Positions 51,087-60,309 of a stretch of DNA of 64,000 nt are shown one piece after another (positions within the stretch are counted from its first letter, which is position 1; each line of letters opens with the position of its first letter). The stretch spans positions 288,001-352,000 of the forward strand of contig JAHQWG010000028.1 in assembly GCA_029856045.1 (NCBI GenBank). Direction: 5' to 3'. Made by a program: the position numbers and the translations under genes. Origin of the DNA: Promethearchaeia archaeon. Lineage in GTDB: Archaea; Asgardarchaeota; Lokiarchaeia; Sigyniarchaeales; SOKP01. Under the pieces are notes generated by a model, which ran no database searches, was not told where the DNA came from, and worked only from the letters and a program-made list of their open reading frames with translations.

Positions 51087-51761
51087 ATGGAAGATGATAA
51101 AGAAGACCAACTTAGAATAGAAGTTGTAAATGGGGCGAAAGAGATCTTTTCTAAAGGCTTAGTGGAAGCAGGGGAAGGTAATGTAAGTATTCGAATTCCG
51201 AAAAAGGATGAACTCTTCATCACACCATCATTTAATAAATATACAACCTTAGTGAAAGATGAAATAGTTCATATGAAATTTGATGGTGCGCCATTAAGTT
51301 CAGGAAAATTGCCCTCTACAGAATATCGGCTTCATGTAGCTATTTATGAAGCGCGTCCAAGAGCTAATTGCGTAATACACACTCATTCACCATATGCAAC
51401 TATGCTTTCTGTTGTGCAAAAAAAAATCCCAGTAATTATGGAAGAACAAGTTGTATTTTTAGGTGGATCTATTGATATAGCGGAATTTGGTAAGGCACAT
51501 ACTGAAGAAATTGGAGAAAAAGCACTTGAAGTTATGGGTATAAAAAATGGTGTATTATTAGGCAATCATGGAGTTTTAGTATGTGCAAGATCTATGGGAC
51601 ATGTTGTTATATTAGCAGAATTAGTTGAAAAATTGGCAAGAATTTATTGGGGTGCACTTCAAATAGGAGACCCTATTTTAATTTCGAAAGAAGATTGTCA
51701 AAGATTTAAAAAGCACTTTGATTCTTTGTTTGCAACGTATGTAAAAAAAAGAAGGAGATAA
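51087..51761 (+). CDS. class II aldolase (L-fuculose-1-phosphate aldolase-like)
   Basis: GNVS, ITPS, PSTE..LH, HTHS, NHG. Confidence 0.87.
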   Translation: MEDDKEDQLRIEVVNGAKEIFSKGLVEAGEGNVSIRIPKKDELFITPSFNKYTTLVKDEIVHMKFDGAPLSSGKLPSTEYRLHVAIYEARPRANCVIHTHSPYATMLSVVQKKIPVIMEEQVVFLGGSIDIAEFGKAHTEEIGEKALEVMGIKNGVLLGNHGVLVCARSMGHVVILAELVEKLARIYWGALQIGDPILISKEDCQRFKKHFDSLFATYVKKRRR

Positions 51762-51826
51762 ACTATAAAATATCTAAAACTTTTTAAGATTTTAATAAAA
51801 AATAATTAAAAGAGCTAGAACAATCT

Positions 51827-52336
51827 TTGACCGCAAATATAATTACAAAAGTAGTAGAAATAAATAATTGTAATGGAGATACATTTGTAAAAGCTATTTA
51901 CAAAGAAAAATTTTGGGAAATTATTAGTCCCGTTACCAAAATTGAAGTAGAGTTCATTTCCCCCAATGTATTTCGGAGTGAGATAATTGATGAAGTTAAA
52001 TTAACTGTAGGTAATCTTTTAAATATTCCAATAGAGATGACCGGTGAAATGGTTTTACTGGATAAGGGAGAAGTACCGGAAAAGGGAAGATTAATAGAAT
52101 TTAATGTTCGAAATAATAAAGATGTTAAAAAATTAGAAGGACGCTTCAGAATCAAACAGATCTCAACAAATACTGTAAAAATTGGAGTATTCATTCAAAT
52201 TCTTGAATTAAGTAGTGATTTTATCAATTTAATTGGGAAAAGTGCAGCGGAACTCATTTTAAGAACAAAAATTACCGGGATGTTGAGAAATTTAGAGAAA
52301 TATTGCCAATCTAATAATCTTAAAGATCTTTTATAG
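51827..52336 (+). CDS. hypothetical protein (possible START/SRPBCC-like fold)
   Basis: 169-aa ORF; strand-rich core with a long C-terminal helix; fold call is tentative. Confidence 0.55.
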   Translation: MTANIITKVVEINNCNGDTFVKAIYKEKFWEIISPVTKIEVEFISPNVFRSEIIDEVKLTVGNLLNIPIEMTGEMVLLDKGEVPEKGRLIEFNVRNNKDVKKLEGRFRIKQISTNTVKIGVFIQILELSSDFINLIGKSAAELILRTKITGMLRNLEKYCQSNNLKDLL

Positions 52337-52461
52337 CGCATAAATCTCATAAAATTTACATTTCAATAAAATTTAGGTAAAGATAAATAAAAACTTATTA
52401 AAAAATAATAAATTCATATAAATTTAAGATATTTCAATTTTAGAAATTCATGTGAAGTTTT

Positions 52462-52749
52462 ATGCCACAAAATAAAAAAAAAAGCACAAAAGAAAAACCA
52501 GTAGATATCACTGAAGAGACCAGAGAGTGCCCTATATGTGGAAAAATGTTAAAAAGACCATATTGGAAACATCTACAAAAAAAACATCCAAAAGAATACC
52601 ATGAAAATAGAACTACGTGGATTCAGCTCTACAAAGATTACACAGCAATGGGGATGAGTATGGATATGAGTTTAAAAGTAATTAGTGAATTGTTTAATGT
52701 CTCAGAAAAGGAGATTAAATCACTTTTAAAGAAACAAAAAATATTATGA
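52462..52749 (+). CDS. C2H2 zinc-finger protein with C-terminal HTH-like segment
   Basis: CPICGK......KHLQKKH; LKVISELFNVSEKEI. Confidence 0.7.
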   Translation: MPQNKKKSTKEKPVDITEETRECPICGKMLKRPYWKHLQKKHPKEYHENRTTWIQLYKDYTAMGMSMDMSLKVISELFNVSEKEIKSLLKKQKIL

Positions 52750-52780
52750 AAAATAAATTTTTGTAATCAAATTTATTAAC

Positions 52781-53074
52781 TTAAAATTCCTCTTCTTCTT
52801 CCTCCTTTAACAAACCTGTTTGCTTCAACAAATCCTCAACAGTTTCTTTTGTTTTCATAACTTGTTCGTTATCTTTCAAGTTCAAGTTATCTAAAACTGA
52901 ATCGGTGAATTCCATAAACTTCTTAATCGATTTACTAGATAAATCTTCAACTTTCTCTTGTGTTTCTTTTACAAAATCTCTTCCAGAATCACCAAAAACA
53001 CTTCCAACAAAATCAACAAATGATTTATTTAATTTGTCAATGAAGGTTTCATCTTTTTCTTCTTCATAACTCAT
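52781..53074 (-). CDS. acidic helical hypothetical protein
   Basis: 97-aa ORF with AAGGT SD-like element; ends EEEEEEF. Confidence 0.65.
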   Translation of the reverse strand: MSYEEEKDETFIDKLNKSFVDFVGSVFGDSGRDFVKETQEKVEDLSSKSIKKFMEFTDSVLDNLNLKDNEQVMKTKETVEDLLKQTGLLKEEEEEEF

Positions 53075-53205
53075 AATATATTTACCTTATAAAAACGTAT
53101 TTTAATTTATTTCATTTAATTGATTTTATAAAAATTTAATCATATTAATAATAATTTCAAATAAAAAAAGATTTTTTACCTTCCTCGTTTATCTGAAGGC
53201 TTCCA

Positions 53206-54522
53206 TTATTTTTCAATTACATTATCTTTTTTCAATCCTAATTCTTCCTCAGCATACTTTTTTATTGCCTTCCATTGGCTTTCACTTGTTCCATAATATT
53301 TAAAGAGAGCGATACCTAAACCAAAATCGAAGCCTTTCATTTGTTTTAACATCTCTTCAGTATTACATTCTACGGAATTAGTAATAGATAATACAGGAGT
53401 ATTACCGAATTCGTGAGCTCGCTTTTTAATATTTCTAATAAAATACCAATAGAAAATATCACCTACTTTACCCCAAAACCATCCATCATCTCTAGTTCCC
53501 ATTAAATATGGATATTCCATAGGTGAGACAACATCCAAAATCGTAGATAATTTCTTCCAATCTTGGCCCAATCTTTTCCTTGATAATATTTTTTTTGGTC
53601 CAGGAAGACAAAACCATCCTGTGATACAATCTTGATTAATAGATTTAATCGTATCTTGCAATTTCTGAGCATATTCTGCAATAGCATTGGTCTTAAAATC
53701 AAACCATTCCTTACTATTAATGATTTTTGCTTTCTCTCCAAATTTCTCATGAAATAATTTAACACAATGATCACAAGCACATAAATCAATAAATGCTCCA
53801 TTATATCTGATATAATCTGCAAAAAAAGCTTTAATGGGATAATTTCTTACTATCTCTTTCGTTAGCTCTAGAAGATAATCAATATGTTTGCTATTTGGAC
53901 ACATGAAACTAGTTAAGGGAATATAACCTTGCCCGCGATTGCCTCTAGAAGCCCCAATCTTTTCATCTATTTTATTTGTTAAGAAGGGGATTTTTTTCTG
54001 ATATTCCTCAAAAGAAATACCATCTGGTAAATCAACTCTCATTTCACCTTCATTATGGGTTGATATTTCTCCTTTTTTATATTCTATCCCATGTTTTTTT
54101 CCGCTTTTACCGTGAATACTTACTCTTTCTGGATGTAAATATCCTTGATAAGCATCATTCATTGATGTGAATGAGACCATTAATGTAATATTTCTATCCT
54201 TTCCAGCATCACAAAATTCTCCTAAAATGTCTCGATCAGTAGGATTCCATCCAATATTTGTATCCCAAGTACATGCACCATCAGTGTCTTTAATAACTAA
54301 ACCAAAAACATTAATATGACACTCTCCTAATTTATCCATTACCTCATTTACATTAAGACCATTTTGAGCAAATTGGTAATCTAATTTTCTAAACCCTTTT
54401 GGACCTCTAACCGGCATTAATCCCATAGCGTAAATTTTCTTTACTCCGAAAATTGTTTGTAATTTTTCAATTTTCTTCAAATCCATTGAAAAATATTTTG
54501 ACCAATCTACTGTTTTTACCAA
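53206..54522 (-). CDS. glycoside hydrolase-like TIM-barrel protein (GHL6/GHL10-like)
   Basis: MCPNS, FADYIRY, CACDHC, LGQDW, SPMEY motifs. Confidence 0.6.
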   Translation of the reverse strand: MVKTVDWSKYFSMDLKKIEKLQTIFGVKKIYAMGLMPVRGPKGFRKLDYQFAQNGLNVNEVMDKLGECHINVFGLVIKDTDGACTWDTNIGWNPTDRDILGEFCDAGKDRNITLMVSFTSMNDAYQGYLHPERVSIHGKSGKKHGIEYKKGEISTHNEGEMRVDLPDGISFEEYQKKIPFLTNKIDEKIGASRGNRGQGYIPLTSFMCPNSKHIDYLLELTKEIVRNYPIKAFFADYIRYNGAFIDLCACDHCVKLFHEKFGEKAKIINSKEWFDFKTNAIAEYAQKLQDTIKSINQDCITGWFCLPGPKKILSRKRLGQDWKKLSTILDVVSPMEYPYLMGTRDDGWFWGKVGDIFYWYFIRNIKKRAHEFGNTPVLSITNSVECNTEEMLKQMKGFDFGLGIALFKYYGTSESQWKAIKKYAEEELGLKKDNVIEK

Positions 54523-54655
54523 ATTAATCCTTATTATTTTAAATTTTTAATATATTTATGATATTCGATAGTTAGAACATTTTTTCTTACTACTTTTTTA
54601 GATAATTTTGGATCTTTTTCAAAACTTTTTATTTTTTATAGTGTAATTATTATTA

Positions 54656-55792
54656 ATGAACGCAAACATCACGAGTAATAAGAGTACATTAAGTCAATAT
54701 TATGAAATTGATGATAGTTATCAACGTTTTGATGCAAAAAATCATATGATCTATAGACCATTCTGGGACAAAACTTTACCAACTTACAGACAGATGTTTT
54801 TTACTAACATTGAAAAACACATTAAATCTAAGAAAGAAGGATATACACGTTTTGATTTCGCTTTTGTGAAAGCTGGATGGACAATTTATGAAAATTCTCC
54901 ATTTGCTTTTGCATGGGAAGGAGAGAAAATTCATACAATAGATGAATATGGCACAAATTGGACAAGATCCGAACATAATATTGAAAATCTTAATGAATTT
55001 ACTCAAAAAATTAAAAAAGTTGCAAAGTTTTATGGAGCATCGCTAGTAGGAATTACAGATATTGACAAAAAATGGATTTATAACACTGATTTAAAAGTAA
55101 AAGCATTATCAAAAATAGAAATAGATAAAAATCGAATTAAATCTACTGAGAATGACGATGCTTTTTCCAAAAAACCCATCTTTTTACCGAAAGGAATTAA
55201 TAAAGCTATTATAATAGCAATAGAAATGAACTCAGATGGATTAGCAACTGCACCTGCACAACCATCCTCAGCATCATCTGCTATTGCGTATTCAAAAATG
55301 GCATTTTCAATAGCTTGTGTTGGCGAATTTATTAGAAATCTTGGGTATAGGGCGATTCAATGTGGTAATGATACTGCTTTAAGCATTCCTCTAGCAATCG
55401 ATGCAGGTTTAGGCGCTTTAGGAAGATCAGGCTTATTAATCACTCCTGAATATGGTCCAAGGGTTAGAATTTGTAAAGTTTTTACAGATCTACCTTTAAA
55501 ATCTGATAAACCGAATTCTAAATTTATTGAAACAATTAAAGAAACTTGTAGGGATTGTTTTAAATGTGCTGATGCTTGTGAAAATGGTGCAATAACTAAG
55601 GATAAAGAGCCGAGCTTTAAAGGAGAATCATCTTCAAACAATCCAGGTGTCAAGAAATATTATGTAAATGTCGAAAAATGTTTTGAATTTTGGGTAGAAA
55701 ATAGCGGTGATTGCGGAAATTGCATTACAGTATGCCCATTTTCTAAAATTAAAAAATCGATAACACCTAGTGAATTTTGGAATAAAATATAA
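54656..55792 (+). CDS. rdhA: reductive dehalogenase-like cobalamin/2x[4Fe-4S] protein, no TAT signal
   Basis: KKVAKFYGASLVGI, FIRNLGYRA, AGLG.LGRSGLLITPEYGPRVR, CRDCFKCADAC, CFEFW..DCGNCITVCP. Confidence 0.8.
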   Translation: MNANITSNKSTLSQYYEIDDSYQRFDAKNHMIYRPFWDKTLPTYRQMFFTNIEKHIKSKKEGYTRFDFAFVKAGWTIYENSPFAFAWEGEKIHTIDEYGTNWTRSEHNIENLNEFTQKIKKVAKFYGASLVGITDIDKKWIYNTDLKVKALSKIEIDKNRIKSTENDDAFSKKPIFLPKGINKAIIIAIEMNSDGLATAPAQPSSASSAIAYSKMAFSIACVGEFIRNLGYRAIQCGNDTALSIPLAIDAGLGALGRSGLLITPEYGPRVRICKVFTDLPLKSDKPNSKFIETIKETCRDCFKCADACENGAITKDKEPSFKGESSSNNPGVKKYYVNVEKCFEFWVENSGDCGNCITVCPFSKIKKSITPSEFWNKI

Positions 55793-55824
55793 AAAGTAAA
55801 ATGATTTTTAATTGATATTTGTTG

Positions 55825-55880
55825 AGTGAAAAATTATTAATGTAATTTTCTTATATTTTTTTATTAAATACCAAAATATT
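55825..55880 (+). repeat. about 56-bp imperfect direct repeat, left copy, flanking vapBC
   Basis: agtgaaaaattattaatgtaattttcttatatttttttattaaataccaaaatatt matches 56762-56818 with 2 substitutions and 1 indel. Confidence 0.8.
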
Positions 55881-56000
55881 TATGATATTTAATATTTGAA
55901 TGATTTTCATATTTTAAGGGAAAAAAAAATTTCCGAAAAAAAATATAAATATATGAAAAATATTTATTTAATAGGAAAAATCTTTTAAGGAGAATTATAA

Positions 56001-56246
56001 ATGCAATATATAAAAGTCGGAACGCACGGAGAGATTATAATAAAGAAGAAATTAAGAGAAAAATTTGGTATAAAACCAGGACAAGAAATAATAGCATTTA
56101 ACGCCGGAGATCATATTGGCATTATTCCCGTAAACGGAAACCCCTTTAAAAAATTAAGTGGAAAATATAAATGGAAAGAAACTTCAAAAGAAGCAAAAAA
56201 ACTTGCAGAAAAAATTGCATTAGAAGAAGTTAATAAAAGGTTTTAA
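56001..56246 (+). CDS. AbrB/MazE-family antitoxin (VapB-type)
   Basis: KVGTHGEIIIKKKLREKFGIKPG. Confidence 0.87.
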   Translation: MQYIKVGTHGEIIIKKKLREKFGIKPGQEIIAFNAGDHIGIIPVNGNPFKKLSGKYKWKETSKEAKKLAEKIALEEVNKRF

Positions 56247-56247
56247 A

Positions 56248-56661
56248 ATGCCATTGATTGAAACGGATACAATTTATGCTTTACTTAATAGCAATGATAA
56301 ATATCATAAATTTTCAGAAGAAATTATAAAAAAAATAATTTCAAATAAATTAGAAGCAATATTTTCTTCTGCTTCTCTTGTTGAATTAGCTTTGATATAT
56401 AAATCAAAGAATATTGAAAATGAATTTAAAAATGATTTAATAGAAATCCAAAGAATAAAAAATATTGAATGGGCACCATTAGATGCAATAAATTCATTAA
56501 CAGCAGCATATCTCAGAGAAACATATCAGATTTCATTTTTTGATTCTTTACATGCGGGAATTGCACTAAATTTAGATAATCAAATAATATCACAAGATAA
56601 GGGTTATGATCTAATTACTGGCTTGAAAAGGATTCCATTAACTCATTTTAAGCATGAGTAA
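56248..56661 (+). CDS. vapC: PIN-domain toxin (VapC)
   Basis: IETDTIYA, LVEL, FFDSLH, ISQD acidic PIN residues; 1 nt after the antitoxin gene. Confidence 0.87.
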   Translation: MPLIETDTIYALLNSNDKYHKFSEEIIKKIISNKLEAIFSSASLVELALIYKSKNIENEFKNDLIEIQRIKNIEWAPLDAINSLTAAYLRETYQISFFDSLHAGIALNLDNQIISQDKGYDLITGLKRIPLTHFKHE

Positions 56662-56761
56662 TATTAAATTAGAGAATTTTAATGATATCATCTCATAATT
56701 ATAAAACTAGGCGCTTGGGTCAATTATTCTTACTTTTTTATTATAAATAAACGCTTAATTA

Positions 56762-56818
56762 AGTGAAAAATTATTAATTTAATTTTACTTATATTTTTTT
56801 ACTAAATACCAAAATATT
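56762..56818 (+). repeat. about 57-bp imperfect direct repeat, right copy
   Basis: agtgaaaaattattaatttaattttacttatatttttttactaaataccaaaatatt. Confidence 0.8.
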
Positions 56819-56890
56819 GAATTTCTGAAAATCTATTATTAATAGCATTATTAATTGCTAGATTTTTAAAAAGGGTTTGAGAGTAGGTTT

Positions 56891-57433
56891 ATGACGGAAT
56901 ATAAATATATTTTTAAGGTTGTAATTTTAGGAGATGCCTCAGTTGGAAAAACTACTCTAACATATAGATTTATAACAGGAGATTTTTTACAAACCCTTAA
57001 AAGTTCAATTGGAACTACACTCTATTCTAAACTTGTGCAATATAAAGGAGATTCAATAAAATTACAAATTTGGGATTTTGCTGGAGAAAAAAGGTTTCGA
57101 TTTTTATTACCAGGTTACATTGAAGGAGCTAATGGTGCTTTTTTAATGTATGATATTACAAGTTCAATCTCATTTTCACACCTTCAAGAATGGCTAGATA
57201 TTGTAAGACAGCAAGAGGGGCATATCCCTATAGTGTTAATTGGATCAAAGTTAGATTAAAATAAATACAGAACTGTTAGTAAAGAAGAAGGTCTAAGTGT
57301 TGCGAAGCAATTTGGTTTATTTTCATTTATTGAGTTAAGCTCAAAATCAGGTAAAAATGTTGAAATTGCAATAGAACAGATGACTAAAATTTTACTGGCA
57401 GATACAACCAAAAAAGAGAGGATTCATCTCTAA
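56891..57433 (+). pseudogene. Rab-like GTPase interrupted by an in-frame TAA (57257-57259)
   Basis: After GSKLD* the frame continues NKYRTVSKEEG...FIELSSKSGKNVE... to TAA 57431-57433, supplying G5. Confidence 0.88.
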
Positions 57434-57767
57434 ATTTTTTATTGAAGAATTACACTTGTTTTAGTGTTAAGTTTTCGAAAAATTAATATAACTAGTAAAT
57501 TATCTAAATTGATATAATATAGGAAATAAGGCAAAATACGGATTGGAATTTAAAGTTAGGGGAAAATATTAAAGAATTATACATATTTTCGGAAGAGAGA
57601 ATTAATATGCTAAGATTTTTTGATCCAAGTGGATTTTTTTTTACTCAAAATTAGAATTTATAACTAAATTGAAAGCTATTTTTTACAAAATATTTAAAAA
57701 TGAATTTTTGATTTATATATGTTAGTACAAAAAATTTTGTCGGATTAATTTTAGATTCAATAGGGAG

Positions 57768-58287
57768 ATGGATATCACATTCTAGAGGAAATTCTATCTA
57801 ATTCTCAAAAGAAAATTAGAGAAGAGTATAAATCTTTATTTGACTTTTCTTTAGATTTAATTTATGTATATGAATCAGAAGGATATAATATTGATGCAAA
57901 TGATATTGCATTAACATCTCTTGGATATAATTTAGAAGATTTTCAAAAATTATCTCTTAAAGATTTAATAGATAAAGATCAGATCATCACACATATAATG
58001 CTATCAAAGAAATTAAAGAAACAGGGAAAAAATCTTCAAATTTTGAATCCAAACTTAAAACAAAAAGTTGTAATTTCATATATGTCGAAACATATGGAAT
58101 TCCATTTAAAAAAAATGGGAAAATATATGCTATTTTAAATGTTGCTCATGATATTACCGAACGTAAGAAGATGGAATAAAAATTAAAAGAATCAGAAGAA
58201 AACCTTAAAAAATTAAAAAAAGAATTAGAATGGAAAGTAGAGAAAAGACCTAGGGAATTAAAAAAATCTAAAGACACTTTAAAAAAA
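57768..58287 (+). pseudogene. disrupted N-terminal PAS/coiled-coil part of the downstream histidine kinase
   Basis: YKSLFDFSLDLIYVY..G..IDAN, frameshift near 57990, then VETYGIP..AHDITERKKME* (TAA 58177-58179) KLKESEE.. in frame with 58288. Confidence 0.8.
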
Positions 58288-60147
58288 TTGAATAAATTAT
58301 TAGAACAAGAAGTGGAGGAAATGACTAAGAAATTAAACGAAACCAAAGAAAAATATCAGACCTCATATGAGTATAGTAAAGATGGCATTAGTTTGATAGA
58401 TACGTATCATGCTAATGAAAGTATAATTATGGATTTGAAAAATAGGAAATCAGGAATTGAAATATTAGATGTCATTCCATGGGGTACTCATCTCTGTCTT
58501 TTTTACGAAAAAAAAGAAGATTTATTTGAAATTTTAATACCTTATTTTAAAGCAGGATTAGAGAATAATGAATACTGTATTTGGGTAACTTCAGAACCAC
58601 TAAATCAAAAAGATGTTGAAATAGGTATAAGTAAAGCTATACCAAATTTTGAGCAATATCTAAAAAGAAAACAAGTAGAGATAATTCCATATTTTGACTT
58701 TTATTTTAAAAATAACGAGTTTGATCTGCAAAGAGTTCTTTATGAATGGATTGAGAAATTAAAGTACGCCTTAAATGAAGGATATGATGGATTAAGAGTG
58801 ACTGGGAATACTGCTTGGCTTGAGAAAAAAGATTGGAAAAGCTTTACTGATTATGAAGCAGAAATAAATAGTGTGATACCATTCCATAAGATGATTGCCA
58901 TTTGCACTTATGCACTCGAGAAATGTGGACCATTTGAATTATTAGATGTTATAAATAATCATCAATTTGCTCTTCTTAGACGGGAGGGCGAGTGGGAGTA
59001 CTTTAAAAGCATGGAACAAATTAAGGTAGAACGAAAATTAAAAGAATCCGAAGAAAAATATCGAAATATTCTTGATAATATACAAGAAGGGTATCTTGAA
59101 GTAGATCTCAAGGGAAATTATACTTTTGTGAATGATTATCATTGTTATTTTTTTGGTATTTCGAAAGATGATACGATTGGAAATAATTATGCGGAATTTG
59201 TAGATAAAAAACAAAAAAAAAAATTATTCGAAATTTTCAACAAAGTATATAGAAGAGAAGTTCCCAGTGCAAGATTTGAGATTGAAGCTATTAGATATGA
59301 CGGGGAGAAACGAATCTATGAGGGTACCTGTAATTTAAAATTAGATTCTAATGGTAGAAGGATTGGTTTTTATAGTCTTACTCGAGATATTACTGAAAGA
59401 AAAGAGGCAGAAAAGTTAATGATAGAGGAGTTAAATAAACTCACAGAACTTGATCAACTTAGAAGAGATTTTGTATCCAGAGCATCACATGAGTTAAAGA
59501 CCCCATTAACGTCTATATATAGCGCTACCCAACTCCTTTTAGAGTTATATAAAGATCAATTAGGAAAAAATGCTTTAGAACTTGTTGAAATGATTGAGAA
59601 AGGAGGATATAGGTTGAAAGGATTGGTCGAAAAATTACTAGATTTTTCACGTATTGAATCAGGAAGATTCCAGTTATATAAGAAAATGGAGAATGCTACT
59701 GAGATTATTAGGGATTGTATAAGTAATATGGCATATTTAGCAAATAAACGAAATATTATTTTGAATGTGGATCTTCCAGAAACATTTAATATAGAATTAG
59801 ATAAAGTAAGATTTGAACAAGTTGTTATAAATTTATTATCAAATGCTATTAAAAACACTCCACCTATTGGTGATATTCAAATTAGTTTAAGCAAACAGAA
59901 TGGATTTATGGTGTTTTCCGTAAAAGATAGTGGTGTAGGTCTCACAAGAAGTGAAAGGGGTAAGATTTTCAAAAAATTCGGAAAAATTGAAAGATATGGA
60001 AAGGGTTTAGATATAATTCCTGAAGGAGTCGGTCTCGGGCTTTTTATTTCGAAGGAAATAGTAGAGAATCATGGAGGTAAAATTTTTGTTGAGTCCAAAG
60101 GAAGAGATAAGGGTGCAAATTTTATTGTAAAATTACCTTTTAAATGA
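58288..60147 (+). CDS. sensor histidine kinase MEDS-PAS-HisKA-HATPase (5' region degraded)
   Basis: MEDS IPWGTHLCLFY...GLRVTG...CTY..H; SHELKTPL; NLLSNAIK; DSGVG; FGKIERYGKGLDIIPEGVGLGL. Confidence 0.87.
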   Translation: MNKLLEQEVEEMTKKLNETKEKYQTSYEYSKDGISLIDTYHANESIIMDLKNRKSGIEILDVIPWGTHLCLFYEKKEDLFEILIPYFKAGLENNEYCIWVTSEPLNQKDVEIGISKAIPNFEQYLKRKQVEIIPYFDFYFKNNEFDLQRVLYEWIEKLKYALNEGYDGLRVTGNTAWLEKKDWKSFTDYEAEINSVIPFHKMIAICTYALEKCGPFELLDVINNHQFALLRREGEWEYFKSMEQIKVERKLKESEEKYRNILDNIQEGYLEVDLKGNYTFVNDYHCYFFGISKDDTIGNNYAEFVDKKQKKKLFEIFNKVYRREVPSARFEIEAIRYDGEKRIYEGTCNLKLDSNGRRIGFYSLTRDITERKEAEKLMIEELNKLTELDQLRRDFVSRASHELKTPLTSIYSATQLLLELYKDQLGKNALELVEMIEKGGYRLKGLVEKLLDFSRIESGRFQLYKKMENATEIIRDCISNMAYLANKRNIILNVDLPETFNIELDKVRFEQVVINLLSNAIKNTPPIGDIQISLSKQNGFMVFSVKDSGVGLTRSERGKIFKKFGKIERYGKGLDIIPEGVGLGLFISKEIVENHGGKIFVESKGRDKGANFIVKLPFK

Positions 60148-60309
60148 AATAATAAAAGGAATAACGTCGATTATAAAGGTAAACAACTATTTTTTTAATT
60201 TGGTAAATTAGATAAAATTTAATTAATGAGGTTTGATAAAAATATATAAACTAGTAGAATTAAGTATATAACTATCTTTTAGTTTATCATTCCAATTTGA
60301 TCATTTTAA

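Noticed and set aside
57257-58179. Stop-codon recoding (Sec/Pyl or alternative code) to explain the in-frame stops
   Set aside because: Both stops are TAA, not TGA/TAG; they replace different expected residues; TAA terminates many intact genes here; a frameshift accompanies the second
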